From positions 295,690 to 359,689 of the forward strand of contig JAKMXF010000354.1 of the NCBI GenBank assembly GCA_024704765.1: 64,000 nucleotides of DNA. Direction: 5' to 3'. The number at the start of each line of letters is the position of its first letter. Position 1 is the stretch's first letter. The notes beneath the pieces were generated by a model. The model ran no database searches, had not been told where the DNA came from, and saw nothing but the letters and a program-made list of their open reading frames with translations. Of this stretch, positions 45,401-59,726 are shown piece after piece. The DNA is from Oopsacas minuta. Its lineage: Eukaryota > Animalia > Porifera. A program made the position numbers and the translations under genes.

Positions 45401-48400
45401 TTTCTACTTCGAGTGGAGTAGAATGTTTACTGAGCTACGAATCAAACGAAGGGATTACATTTCTGCCTCCACCAGGAAACCCACAGAGTGTGAGTTTTGA
45501 ATATCTGAATTCTGTATCAATTTTAATCAGTATATTCAATGGACAAAATTTTTCACTACCAGCAACTATCTATACTATCCCTTTTCAAGCACTGAGGTTA
45601 AGAGTGTTCGGAAGTAATACAGAATTTTGTCCGTCAGGAAACCAAGATTTTCCTCCCTTCTTTGTGCGGACCTTCACATCCAACTACTCGATTGTTGATA
45701 TGGCTAATATGAACAATCTCACTTGTGAAATTTCGAGTGACTATTTTTGCACATCGGTCAGCAACACAGAAAACATTATTCTCCCCATTATCCCAGGCTT
45801 TGATTCACTCATCAGGGTAGAGTTTGATGGTTCGCAACAGAATTCATTTAACATCATTCCAGGAGAAGACCACAACCTATTTTCAATATTGGATTTTCCA
45901 TTTTTCATAGACGTAGGTGAGGCGAATTCACAATCAACTCTAGATTCAGTAAACAATATTAAAGTAGATTGGGACGTGAAATTCTTTTGTGCGCCAGGAT
46001 CTTACATATATATTGAAGCTGTCGGGTATTCAATACTCAGTGAAGGTCCAATTCAAAGGAGGAGGAGAGGTGGATCAGTAATACCAGATCACATCAGCCC
46101 TCCAATGCCTTGTGATATCGGTACATACACACTGGTAAACCTAACTTTCGACACCGATTATCAAATTTCAGGAAATGTGTTCTATAATTCAACGGCACAA
46201 TTCTTTCAAACATGCCCTGTGATCAACTTTTATTTTCCACCAATAGTAACGCCTCCTCTACTTGAAGATATTAATGTCATAGATTTTTCAACCATTCAAG
46301 TATTTTGGAAACCCATTCAACAAGTAACGTCTTATACCCTCCTGGCTTACCCATCAAATGCGTTCACAATAATAGAATCAATAGGAGATACATTCTCAGA
46401 ATCTAATTACACAGTAGATTCCATAAGTGCTAGTTCCTACGAAAATCCTCCACAATTCTTTCAAATGTGTTTCGATTCAAGTCCAAACCTTACCTGCTCT
46501 AAAGCTACATCAAATGAATTGAATGCAATCATTACAGTTATTCCCGGCTATGAATATGAACTAGCAATTGCTTACGAAGTGATGGGGGTGATGCAAATCA
46601 CGTTATCCAGACCGTATAGACCATCATTTTCCCTTGAAGAATTAATCTACGTATCTGGGTTCGATTCTATTCTGTCATATTACTATAGAAGCACATTATG
46701 TACACCTCTAGCTAGAACAGTGTATTACTATTTTAATGAAGGAAATGGTAATCCTCAATTCCCAGTCAACCAATGTACTGACAACGAATATGCAATTAAT
46801 GCAAGTGATTTTCTGAGCCATGACCTTACACCTCGAGTAACATTTATATTTCCATTTATGGATGTCATTGCACCTGGACGCAATATAACCTCGCCACCAG
46901 CGAATCTAGCTGTCACAATAGATATATCATTTTACTTCGTACCAATCAGCGCTTCACCAATGATAACCAACGTAATTCTACCAGCTGATTCAAATTCAGA
47001 TGTCTATCAAGTCTACTGGAACCTTCCAGGAGCAAATCTACCTAATTCTCATGAGTTTGAAACCTTTGTGTTATACGTATTTCCGAAATATAGGGAGTTA
47101 GACACCATACCATTGGCTATTCCTTGTCCTAGTAACTACACTGAGGATGTATTCGAATCAATAAGTATAACTATAGATTATGGACAGATACAGTGCCCCC
47201 CACCTCCTGATGAGACATACTTCTGCAGAGAGTACTCCACTAATTCAGGAGAGATACAACTCTATACTTTCTTAGATTATGATTTATTAGCAGAAGCTAG
47301 ATACATAGGAGGGCTACGTGTTCATCATTTAGACTACAGGTACCCAATTGGAGCAGCTCAAAATATATCGTTATTGGATGTAACTACCCAACCGACTCCC
47401 AATTCAATCATTTTTACATGGAACTCACTGGTATCTTTCTGCGACCATAGTAGTTTCATTTTCGGAGATGTAATAGCACCATTATCAAATGCAGTGCAAT
47501 GCTCTGATGGTATATATGAATTAGGATCATTAGCACCTAATACCACCTATGACTATGTATATATATTCCAATTCAATGTGTCTGATATCCAGCCTGGAAT
47601 AGAGAGCTGTATATTAAGTCCAATTTCCCCTGGAACTCCAGTCACTACAACTTCATTCTGTACACCCATAAATCCTTGTGGATCAGTGGGTGTATGCTCA
47701 GAAGGTTTTAAAAACAGTTCTTATCATTGTGAGTGTAGTATTGGGTATGGATTTGATGGTAACACTTGTTTAGACATAAACGAATGTTTAATGATGCCTA
47801 GTGCATGCACAAATGGAGCTTGTCTCAACAACCTGGGTAGTTTCACGTGTACATGCTTTCAAGGTTACTCCAAGCTACTTGACACTCTCTGTATCAACAT
47901 AGATGAATGTCAAATACAATCCACCTGTGTTAACGGTAATTGCACTGATCTGCTTCCTCCAGAATTCTACCGATGTGATTGTAATGCAGGATTTGAAGGA
48001 TTGAGCTGTACAATCCCAATTGGGACTCCAACCTGTCCTTCTATTAGTGAAGTAACTACTCTCAGCATTAATAACGTTACATTCCCTGTCACGGAATACG
48101 GAGTTATTTCTATCGTGCCTTGCTCCCAATTAGACACTACGTTGTTTGGTAATATTACAAGACAATGTCTTGATACAGGTGAATGGGGACCAATTAACGT
48201 TGATAATTGTCAGAGAAGTATATTCGTTGCAGCGGAGGAGCTAACAAGCGAAAGTGAGACTCGTATCTTGACTCCGATGGAGAGTGTCACACTCACAGAA
48301 ACCTTAGTTACTGCTACACAGGAGAGTATGGGGATTCTGTTCCCAGGAGAAATATCAGTTGCAGCTGTGGGGGTTAGTGCTATTACAGAATCGTTAGCTA

Positions 48401-50328
48401 ATCTGAGTGGAGATGCACTGAGAGAGAATCTGGAGATGATTCAGACGAGCGTAGTAGAGATAACGTCTAATGTCCTTAGGATAGAGAACTCTGCTGCTTT
48501 TGATTCAACCACGCAATCAGAGGCACAGACATATGTAAACAATCTGGTAGATGGAATTCAAAATCTCGGTATTCTAATCGGAAGCGTTGCGGAGGAGAAT
48601 GCTACCATAGTGATAGAAATAGAACAACCAACTGTAGCACTAATCGTAACGTTAGAACGGGGCAGGGTAGAACCATTGGTACTAGGTTCTAATCTCTCCA
48701 TGCCTGTTGGGGACAATACTTCTGCTGTGATGGCTGCTCAAACTTCTGTAGTAATTCCTGCTTCTATATTCCCATTGGATGAGACCATAGCTGTGAGTGT
48801 AGCTCTCTTCTCAACTATTCAAGAATTGGTTAGTGACGTATTTGTTAATGATACCAGTGAGCCAGGGAGTAATCTGGTGGTGGAAGACATTCTGGCTAGT
48901 GCAATAACTAGCATCAATCTATTCACGAGAGATGGGGTTCGTATCACTGTGTTGACAGATGAAATATCTATAACATATGTTCTCAATTCAACTGAGATAG
49001 AAAGAAATTCAGGACCAGGAACACAAACACGAATAAGGTGTGCATCTGCACGCGTTTTGTCAGAAGGCTGGGGCTTCCAATATGTCACTCTGGCCAATAG
49101 TGATGACGTGCCTTCCGAACCTGCTATATGTGTCGCCACACATTTGACACATTTCGGTGTTCTGGTATCAGTGACGACAATACCACTGACAGATGCAGAG
49201 AAACTCGCTTTGGAAATTTTAACATACATAACCTGTGGTCTATCCATTATAGCTCTCATATTCTCAATCATTGCTTATCTAATTGTTTGGTGGAAAACCA
49301 GGAACAGACAAGAAGGTCCATTCAAGAAAGATGCAACAATCCTACATCTCAATTTCGCCGTTTCACTGCTGCTCGCTCTGACATTCTTTCTCCTCTCAGA
49401 CGCAGCTTATAGCAATGAGGGTGCTTGCAAAGCTTTTACAATTTTTCAGTACTACTTCTGGCTTTCTGTTTTCACTTCTTCCCTATCCATAGGAATCTAC
49501 CTCTTGATCAAGATATTCGCTTGGTCCAGTCAGCGACGCTTTTGGTTTTACTTGGTACTACTCAGCTGGACTCTCCCCCTCCCTCTGATTATAATCACTC
49601 CAGCAGCAGCACGGGATAACCTCATTAACACGAGTGAAGGAGTTTGCTGGTTCAGCAAGGAGCCTTCATACTCAAATCTAGCATTCATTGTACCTATGCT
49701 GGTAATCACTATTACTAATCTAGTTATACTGATTATAACAACAGTCGTTCTGTTCAGGATATCAAAGGGAAACAAGAGCATCTTCCCACAGATAAAAGAA
49801 GTTCTGATAGCTACTTTCATTCTAGCACCAATCCTTGGTCTACCCTGGTTATTCTCTATAATAGCTACTGCACCTACATCAGCTGTTGCATTTATATTCA
49901 CAATTATACTGGGACTACAAGGTGTTTTATTCGCTATACTCTATCCACTGAGAACTAAAGAAGTGATTGATTATGTTTTCAGATGTAGATCTCCAGCCAG
50001 TACTGCTATTAATAAAATGGTATCAACCACCTCTGGTAATACTCGTAACCCTCCCTCTGCACTCAAGTTCAAGATCAATAGGGCAGCTAACAGTGTAAGC
50101 AAGTCTACCTCAGTCACTAAATCAAAGACAGACGAAATTTCTGAATTCAACAGCCAGGATATTCGTATGGAAGCCCCCCGAAGTCCCAAAGTACTAACCT
50201 CAAATGAAGCTAGAGTACCATCACCAGAACCTTACTACATAGCCTCCTTTCCTGAGGATGGGGGTACAAAATCTGTCTCCCCGCCCCCATATGGGCAACT
50301 AGGTGATGAGAATGAAACTCGTGTTTAG
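42459..50328 (+). CDS. Adhesion GPCR 2 (~2432 aa), paralog of GPCR 1; predicted ATG-only first coding exon (42459-42461), intron 42462-43032, exon 43033-50328
   Basis: The ORF track starts at a TTG with no ATG in the signal peptide. An acceptor tttacag|GGGAAG and an upstream ATG|gtgagt give MGKLRIITIACLL. EGF-Ca DINEC and NIDEC; GPS CVATHLTHFGVL; 7TM closely similar to GPCR 1. Confidence 0.9.
44317..44412 (+). repeat. In-frame 30-bp tandem repeat x3 (GNETNIPLPK)
   Basis: Three identical ggaaacgaaacaaatattcctttaccaaag units plus a partial unit; absent from paralog 1. Confidence 0.95.
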
Positions 50329-50729
50329 TTATATTTAGCAGTCAGTTTTTGTATATGTTTACAAGAAATTGGTTAGCCTGATGCATTGAATGCTATGATA
50401 TATGTATATTATGTGGTAATATTCTTCCCCCATTATACTTGTGTTATAATATGTGATCCTCAAATTATTTATCCAGGGCCATAAATTATAATGCTATGTC
50501 CATGCTTCTGTTTGACAGAAATTGAAACAAAAGTATACTACTACGCACACATATTCAAGTTTCTGAAATAAATTTATTGCTCAACCGAATTTGGACAACC
50601 AAATATGCACGTAAGTATTTGTTTGCTAACCGAATGGACCCCAGGACACACTTTAAGAAGCACTGTGTTAGATAATTGATTGGGGTTCATACAGAATTTG
50701 CTGGAGGGGCGTAATAATTTAACCATATG

Positions 50730-50957
50730 TATAGAGGGTGTTATATAGGAAAATTATATCTAGGACCCTAGGGTCCTGCATCATTCTCAGGACCTTAGGG
50801 TCCTAGAGTGTAATTTCGCTCTAGGACCCTATATTTAGTGTATTTTAAAACTCATTATATCAGTCTAGTATATTTTGATTTTGATTTGTTTCAAACAGGG
50901 TCCCAGAAATAATGTTAGGACCCTAGGACCCTAGGGTCCTGAGAATAACCCCTCGTA
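50730..50957. mobile_element. Mariner-like MITE with repeated internal 16-bp palindromes
   Basis: Ends tatagagggtgttat and ataacccctcgTA (TACGAGGG-type TIR). AGGACCCTAGGGTCCT occurs at 50762 and 50925, with a one-mismatch copy at 50789. Confidence 0.6.
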
Positions 50958-51120
50958 TTATATATACGTATATAGATATAGATATAGATATATTCAGAGA
51001 TTTTCGATATATTACATAAAATTTCTAAAATTAGGTATCATTTTGCCTGGAAATGATACTACTGTATGCTGAATAGAATAAACAAAAACACAAATTCAAT
51101 AATTCTCTCAATAAATCTGG

Positions 51121-51693
51121 TTACTGTAAATGCTGTTTTAACAAAGTAAGAGCTTTAGAACGATGTGAAATAGCGTTTTTAGAATCTCCATCTAGTTCAG
51201 CAAATGTTCTTGAATAACCAATTGGTTTGAAGATTGGGTCCCAGCCAAATTTATTATCCCCAGCAGCAGGTACAATGGTACCATCAATCCTTCCTCTGAA
51301 CAACATGATCTCGTCTCCTTCTTTCCCAGAGTGAAAGGAAAATGTACATAAAGCATAAGCTGATTTATCTTCAAACCCTGCCAACATTTTATTAAGGCCG
51401 TCATGTCCAAGTTTATCTAGAAACCATTTTATATACGGACCGGGTAGACCGTTGAGAGCGTTGAAACAAAGACAAGTGTCCTCAATTATGACGGGACCTT
51501 TAACCTTCTCCATGGCTATCTTACACTTCTGAATTGATATTTCATCTGGTTCTCCCTGGAATTCAGGTAGATCTAGCTTAACCGAAACAAGTTTCCAAGG
51601 CAAATCTTCTCCGAATATTGCAATCGCTTCTCTGAGCTTTCCAGGATTTCCAGTTACAAATGTCAATAATTTTCTTGCTCCTACACTCGCCAT
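51121..51693 (-). CDS. ITPA: Inosine triphosphate pyrophosphatase (HAM1 family)
   Basis: [52 protein letters not shown]. Confidence 0.97.
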   Translation of the reverse strand: MASVGARKLLTFVTGNPGKLREAIAIFGEDLPWKLVSVKLDLPEFQGEPDEISIQKCKIAMEKVKGPVIIEDTCLCFNALNGLPGPYIKWFLDKLGHDGLNKMLAGFEDKSAYALCTFSFHSGKEGDEIMLFRGRIDGTIVPAAGDNKFGWDPIFKPIGYSRTFAELDGDSKNAISHRSKALTLLKQHLQ

Positions 51694-51732
51694 CAATAGG
51701 CTATCGTATTATTCGTATGTAAAATAGTATTG

Positions 51733-51800
51733 CAGTCAACTCTCAGTAGTATATAGAAGCTCAAGACACCGCGACGATTACTTCGATTTAACCGATTAAC
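51733..51800. mobile_element. Truncated MITE end related to the 19500 element
   Basis: cagtcaactctcagtagtatatagaagctcaag resembles gtcaactccggttatatcaaagctcaag. Confidence 0.4.
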
Positions 51801-52349
51801 TTTATGTTAATTTGATTTGTATACTTTGGTCTTTGGCCATATTTGTACAATTTAAGACTTTGATAGTTCGATTAAGCGAGTATTTCAATAAGATGGGAGT
51901 TGGCTGTATATTTATCATACAAGTTACTAATGGAAATATATTCGTGCGGTACTTGTATGTACAATGTCGTGCATACAAGTACGTGCTACAATGTGTGATG
52001 TGGTCACGTGGGTATGCTAGTTGGTTATTAAGAAATGAGCAGATAAAATGGTCCAAAAATTTTGGAATACCACACGTTTTGTATGATTAAATATATCGCT
52101 TATATACATATACGGTAGCTTTAACTGGGAATTGTTATTTGATAAAGCGACCAACATCTTTCTCATTTAACTTCAAATACAAGAGTAAAGATTAATTCAT
52201 ATCATATCTTCTTCCATATATTATCTCCAAAATCCCATAGTGAATAGTTGCTGCTATAAATAATAGTGTGTTAAAATACATATACGAATTAAGATATAAA
52301 TATTAAAGCTTACTCAATAGGAATACAACTTCATAGCAGATGAATTAGA

Positions 52350-55300
52350 TTACTGTAAATCTCCTTTGAATCTACTCTGATTCTTAATTCTGTATCCTTC
52401 TTGAGAATTAAATCTTTTACCTCTTTGTCGTTTCTGCTGTTGCCTTTCTTTCTCCATTTCAGCTTGCTGCATAGCTATGAAGTTTATTAATGACTTATTC
52501 TAACATGTATTAGCTATACATTTCTATCTCCTCCCAACACAAACCAGTTGAGTATTCGGAGGATTTAAATTCGATTTTAAAATGTACAAACACTCACCTT
52601 GGTAGTCTTCTTCGTTTCTCCTCTTTTCATAACTGAGTATCATTTCTTTCATCTTCTCATGTTCTGTCTTCTCAGCCTAAATATCAAGAGAAACAAAGTC
52701 ACAACAACGCAATATTCTTCTACAGGTTCTATTAATTCGTATATATTAACATAATACCATTATAGTCTTAAGTATAAACTAATTATTAGATCACCTGTCT
52801 CTGCTGCTTAATAGAAGCTGCTAAGGTATCTGTTGCTGGGATTTTCAGCTCTTTATACTAAAAACCGAGGTATTTTGTAAGAACATGAATAAGTATCACA
52901 ATATTTTATAATTATGAACTGTATAATACTTGTGACTTGTGTCCTTTCTTCATCATTAGTGTGAATGTCAAATGCTCTTCCTCTTTATGTTCTGTATCCC
53001 CACCTGAATAATACATCGTAAATACTGAGTAGTACCAGTACAGGAAGTATGTATTTAATTAAAGTACCTGGTTTGAAGTTAGATCCTTTCAGCTTCATAG
53101 GAATAGCAATATCAGCAACTGGAATCTTTGTAGCATCAGATCTTCTCCCCTAAAATAGAGTAACCTTCAATCTATAATATATATTTAATATTAGCTTAAC
53201 CAGTAAATAGAATTCGGTTAGTACATACTTTTCTATTATCACTTAATTATTGTCTATAGTGGAATCTCCCTAAACGGACACTCCGAGAAGCGGACAATCC
53301 TGTACAACGGACAAACCTCCTGGAACGGAATGAATTAGCAATCATATATGTAATACTTTACCAGTCTCCGAGAAGCGGACAACTCCCTAAAATGGACAGA
53401 AGCGATGCCCCCAACGTATGTTATTTGGGGACTCTACTGTAATCCTATAGGGTACCTCTTATCCGAGTTTACTGTATATAATATGAGAAATAACCTGTAT
53501 GTCATCTGACATAGCCTTATCTAATGCATTAATGAACTCGTCATCTTCAAGACAGGTTATATGTTTAATCCCACCAGATAGAACAACCTAAGAAATATCA
53601 AAATAATTATGGTCTGTAATCTATGCCAAATAAATGGGAACATTAAATTACATCATCTTGGTAGTCCTCTTGGTTATCAGATGGTGATGTATCCTCATCT
53701 GAATCCTAAAGTGATCACGTTATGGAATTAGGAGACATATCATATGTATAAACTACTCTCTACAATCTACATGACTAACAAATGACAGAAATATTCATTG
53801 GATATGTATTGATGACGTTGGTTGGAAACTGTTTGAGTTCCATTATCAACAATCAAATAATTAATTAAATACACTCCATTTCGAGTCAATTTTTCACTGT
53901 ACTTTATCTTGAAATGTATAAGACTCATTTCAAATCAACTACATGCTATACTGGAATGAAGATTTTATCAAAATTAGCAAATTACAAGTTCATCCTGAAG
54001 TTCCTCTGTGCCAGGTTTCTCCTTACTCTTATTACTAGTACGATAGTACTCGTCATCCTCTTCATCTGACAGAGATTGTTTATTACTCACATTAGTAACA
54101 CCGTTAGTAGGTTGGACACTAGCATCTGAGCTAGAAGTTAGAAATCCTATACACAATAACATTATACGTAAGTTAATAAAAGATATCGTTAATACAATTA
54201 TGTAATAATAATACTATATGCTAAATCTAGCATAACATGTGCTTACTGAGAGTTTTATCAAACTGAGATTCCAGCTCTAAAGCAGCTTTCTGCGCTTCTT
54301 CGTAACTCTCATAATAGAAAATATCAGGTCTCAAACTCTCCATCATGTCAGTAACACTAAACTCTATTAGAATTGGTAGTGGTCGTTTCTTCATCCAAAC
54401 ATAACACTATAAACAAATGAAAATAGAAGATATTCAGTCGTGTATTACGTAGTTTACGATTCAGCGTATAGTCTCATTCAGCTGAATATTTACCTGAAAG
54501 AATATAAAGAAGTTATCAAGCTTTTTCCTGCTACTTCCGTGATCAAAGTATTGTCCACAAGTCTCCAGCAGAGTGCAAATTATTCTAATACGGAAGTAAT
54601 TGTCATTCGGATCCAGGGAAGATGGATCTAGAAATAATTATGTAACTATAATTGGGCACAAAAAAAGAGTGAATTTCTTACTCTCAGGGGAACTCGTAAA
54701 TCCGAAGTTTAAAAACATGTACAGAGTGCGAAATATAACACTAGCTTCTACTAGATTGTAGTTGTATAACTCTCCTAGGAATTTTACTGTAGAGAGTCTC
54801 TGTTGATTCATTGTAGGGTCATTTACCTCCATTCCAAGTCGGATTTCCTCCAAGACATTATCTACAACTCTAATTCCTACTTCTTCCTATAAAGTGTAAA
54901 ATATCAATATACGTATATGACAGAAATATAATACAATTAAATAACCTGATACGCTACCAATCCTCCAATCAGATCAGCTAGCCATAGAACGTTGTTATAC
55001 TTCACTTTCCAAGATCTGCTAAGTGCTCTCACGGCAAACTCGAATACCTAAAATTTAGAACACATAAATAAACTAAATGTAGATATTTATTATAAAACAG
55101 AATGAAATTTACATTTTCGTCTTTCCAATTTAGTTTCCTCATCTGCTTTAACACCTACATATCATAGCAACCAGATAATAATATAGAATGTTAAATATTC
55201 CATAAATCACATACCTTGTCTTTATTGAGTTTATTCATATCCTTATACAGAATTTTTTCAATATATAAAAATAGTGGACAGATATCTTTCTCTACTCGCT

Positions 55301-58300
55301 ATAGGACAATTGAATTAAATATAATCATAAGGTGTAAGCTGTAATAGCTTATACCTTAGATTGTTCAGACGGCACTGTATAGTAGAACGCATTCTCTATC
55401 ATGTTGTCGTAGTGGGCATCTAGGTGTAGTGAACTCTTGTGACGTAGCATAATGTCCTACATAGAATCAGAAAATAATACAATTATTTATAAAAAATAGT
55501 TTTAATACATACTACAGACCAACAATACTTTAGTCCTAGGTTGTGAGTCAGGAGAGTTATATAGAAACCTTCCACAATTCTCAAGGAGAGAACAAGCCAT
55601 TTCTATGTGATGATAGCTGAAGTCGTGTGTGAGAATCTAAAGATATTAACAACAGGTATATTTGGTACATATGACAGTAATTGTAAGGTAGACGAAATAT
55701 CAAACCGATAGACATTTGAGAGCTTGTGCTTTCTTGCATATTCTGAATTTGGTCAGTTCTCCTAAGCGTAGAGAGATTATCATATTAATGCAGAATTCGG
55801 AACATATAAGTCCTCACACAGTGGCCCAACATCCTCGAATAGGCAATATATTGACCCTCTCAAATCGTTTCGAAACCATCATAATCGTGTTCAGCGGTGT
55901 CGCACGATAATTGATCAAGAATACTCAAATATTGTAAAGGTACGTATTGTATGGCGCATACAAAAGTTCCAGGGTAATGAAAAATAGTCGGCTGTTAACA
56001 GCAAGCATTGTTAATGACGCCTTCTATTTCTTAGGGGTGATTACCTATACCCAAATAATATATTCCATATAGCTAAGAGACATAAAAATACCTATCGACG
56101 ATAATCGCTGTTCTAGGCCACTGCGGCTTATTCTTACCAATAAATCTGACATTCTTTATCTTTGATTCAATATTTATTTGATCTTTTTTACGAACCTACA
56201 AATAATATTATGAACTAATACATACAAGCAAATGGCTGATCGATCAAGTAAAAAATATGAATAACAAAGTTAAGGAACAATACAGCCATTAATACTCACG
56301 TGGTGGTAAAATTCCCTCTCGAGAGAATGAACTATGTCAGGACCAATATCAGGAACACAAGGAGCTAGAATACCAACCAGTCTAGCATAGAATGACAGCA
56401 AATCAAGCCTGGAGAAAATATAATACCGAATTATTTAGATTAGTAATATTATTCTAGGTATAATGGGAATATATAATTGCCTGTTTCTAGGTACTCTGAG
56501 TAGAGTAGATAAGAGCTTCTTCCTGTTGCCTTTGTTATTAAAGTTAGTGATGAACTGAGTAGCAGCAGTGTCGATCAGCTGTCTATTGATGCAATTAGAA
56601 AGATTTGAGAGAAATCCATCAAATGTTGTAACAGATGTAGGAATAGATCCTATAGTCTGTTCTGAAGGAGAAGTAGGAGGATCATCTTCTTCAGATTTCC
56701 CTACAAAATCTTCAATATGAATATTATGATCAGCTGTAGGATTTTAGAATATTTTCATTTGTGTGTGGTTATAAACACATATCATACCTTCTAATATAGA
56801 ATCATCTGTATCCTCACTTTCTCTGATTTCCTGAAGGAGCTTAGCAGGATCTATTACAATAAACACAAGTATAATAGGAAATATAGTACGTGTCTAAAGA
56901 CATATATAAAATGAAAATTATTTATACAAATATACAATCAATCTGTGTATTACTAGTATATATGAAATTTACATAAATTCGTTACCTTCTTCATTAGCAC
57001 TGATATTCTCAGGGAGTGGGAGCTCTGTAGTCCTCGAATTTGAATCGAATAATATCTATGATTGTAAGAGAAGTCAATCTTCCAGAAATAATTGAGACAT
57101 GATATAATTAATAATTGGGGGGAAAAAAATTTTAAGCTGAATAAGAGTTGTGTCAATTAACATAATCGTAAACTCACTCCAGGCATAGAAGCTTTGAGAT
57201 CTGGTAGAGATTCGTAGAAAGAGCGTGCATCCTCATCCATCCATAAGTTAGAACTATCTGTACTCCCTCCCATTGTAGTCAATCCGCAAAATACCTCAAA
57301 TCCTGAATTGGTACCTTCTTCAGTATTCTGTTGATCAGGGAAACTAGGCATCTCCTCATCCAATAGGTCCTATCATATAGACCAGTATATGATTAATTAA
57401 TAAATATAATATGAATAAATATTGTACTGACAGCTAAGCCGGTTAGAAATTGAGAGATCTTATCAAAATTCTTTTGAGATTTCTCAAATTCTTCTCTCTT
57501 ATCTTCTGATATTTCTCCCTTCATCTAGTAAACAAAAATGAAAATCTATAATAACTAATCTCAATTGTCTGTTTGTTTGTATCCAGAAATACGTATCATG
57601 GGGTTTATAGAATTTAAAATCATGAGGGGACGGTACTAAGTACAAGGACAGCAAAGAGGAAATTGTTAGAGAATTTACAACGCCAAGCACAAGAGTCAAA
57701 TGCTCGATTATTAATTAACTCTAAAGTGGGCACTATTTCCATTACTTGTAGAGCATGTTTATTCTTAGCTCCCATCTGTCTTATCTCTTTATGCAAGAAG
57801 TCGAGACGAATCTTTTGAGATACGAAATAGTCTCTGAGTAGAGTTAGAATTTCAGCTTGAGATTCAGCTGGAATTAACTAAACACAAACATCGAAACAAA
57901 ATACTAGAATATCGTGAATATGAAAGATACAATATTTACCTCGGATTTTGGGAAATCCAGATTGTATCTTTGTGAATACAATCTGTAGGAATATACATTT
58001 ATAAACATACATACAAATACAAATAATTAAATAATAACAACATGTTTACATGTATTTCTTTGGTGCAATGCCTGCGATATCTTCTCCCAAGTGTTTGGTG
58101 AAGCTGACTATCACAGGAAGAAATCCTTGAACAAACTGAATACCATTAGTATAAATTATATTATTACAAGAGAGTTGAATAATAAACAAAATCTAACCTT
58201 GTCAGCAATGGTAATATTCTTGAGGATAGTGCCGAGTAGGTTAATCCCTAGATTAGCAGGGAAGATACCAGCTAACGTAATCTAGTTGGAGTTAGCAAGT

Positions 58301-59339
58301 AATGTCTATAAAAGATATTTTAACTATTGAAAATGTAGCTTATAACTCACCTCTCCTACGATTCGTAAACCTAGTCTATACTTAACGAGTAATTGTTGCT
58401 AAATAATAGAAGTATGTAAGAATCAAGCATAGAAGGGCTGTATAATGTATTACCTTGTCATCATCTTTAGATATGGCAGGAGAGTATAGCTTAGCTAGTT
58501 CTGAATAGAGTAATCCTGAGTACTCACCATAGCGCATATGAAATAGGGAACAGATGTAGACAACAGAGCCGATATCATTAGACTTAAGATATGCAAATTG
58601 AGTATAATACTAAAGATACATTATTTAGGGAGGATTTTACCTTTGTTTTTGCTTCAGCAATTGCATTAGCCTAGATAATTTGTAAAAGTTACATAGAATA
58701 GAAAATACAAATATCTTTCCTTAATCGCTTCAAATGAGACGTTTAAATTATATTTATCTACGTGTATTTATCTTACTGCTTCTTGTAGATACTTTGATAG
58801 GTTTAAACCTTCAAACTCTGTTGCGAGCGATTCCTTCACAGATTCAGTGATTGTTCTCTATAAAGCACATTTATAACATAATCATATTACACTAATTAAA
58901 GATAAATATCTTACTAGTTTCTTAACAAAAGATGTATTCTTCTTCAGAGTAGAATCGAGTTGTTTGAAAGATTCTGGATCTGGTCTAGTGTCTAAGGAAA
59001 TAAAGTACTTGTAATTATGCTATATGTGATAAGAAACGAATATTTATCTAAAGTTGATGATAAAGTGATGGCAGGCTATTACTACCAACAGGTGTCAAAA
59101 ACGGCAGTTGACAGGCAAAGAATGACAGGGGTACATATTATTATAGGAGGATTACTTTTCGCATTGAGGTTACTGTAAAGAAAATCTTTCTTAGCATCAT
59201 ATTTGTAGATAGCCTCATCTAAACATTCTTTCGCTTTCTAAAGATAAATCAAATTTTATATCTATCAAAATTCAAAATTAGATATCTAACTGACCAATAC
59301 ATTCTCATCTAAGAACTCGGATTCTCCGTTTTCAGTCAT
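52350..59339 (-). CDS. UPF2: Nonsense-mediated decay factor UPF2, about 35 short exons
   Basis: Traced exons give LDSTLKKNTSFVKKL, WMDEDARSFYESLPDLK, LLRVPRNRLDLLSFYARLV, EEIRLGMEVND...QQRLSTVKFLGELYNY and EKRNEEDYQ. Putative ATG 59339, stop 52350-52352. Exon count was done by hand and is approximate. Confidence 0.92.
53257..53439. mobile_element. pogo/Tigger-like MITE in a UPF2 intron
   Basis: TA|tagtggaatctccctaaacggaca ... ttggggactctactg|TA, with internal repeats ctccgagaagcggaca. Confidence 0.7.
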
Positions 59340-59726
59340 CGAAGTTGTAATATTAGCTTTTAACAGAAGCAGATGCTCGATTGCAAACTATAATGCTTAG
59401 GACAGAGCTGTAGTTTCAATTCTAACAAAATATTTTTAAAACATTTTCTTATAATCCTTATACTACAAGTGTTTGATAGAAAAATACATTAAACTGCGTA
59501 GTAATCAGTAAATCTGTACAAATATCTTGCAACAACTTTAGTAACATAATTGCATAACGAAAAAAGCAATTGACAGAACTGGTATAAGAAGATATTTTAG
59601 AAATAAAGTAATAATTAACAGTACAAAGTAATATGATCAACTTGTATATCTTGCATATGTGCTGGGAACTTGAGATCCTTGTGTAATGGAGAATTGTATA
59701 ACTTCCAAAAAACGCGAGCAATCAAA

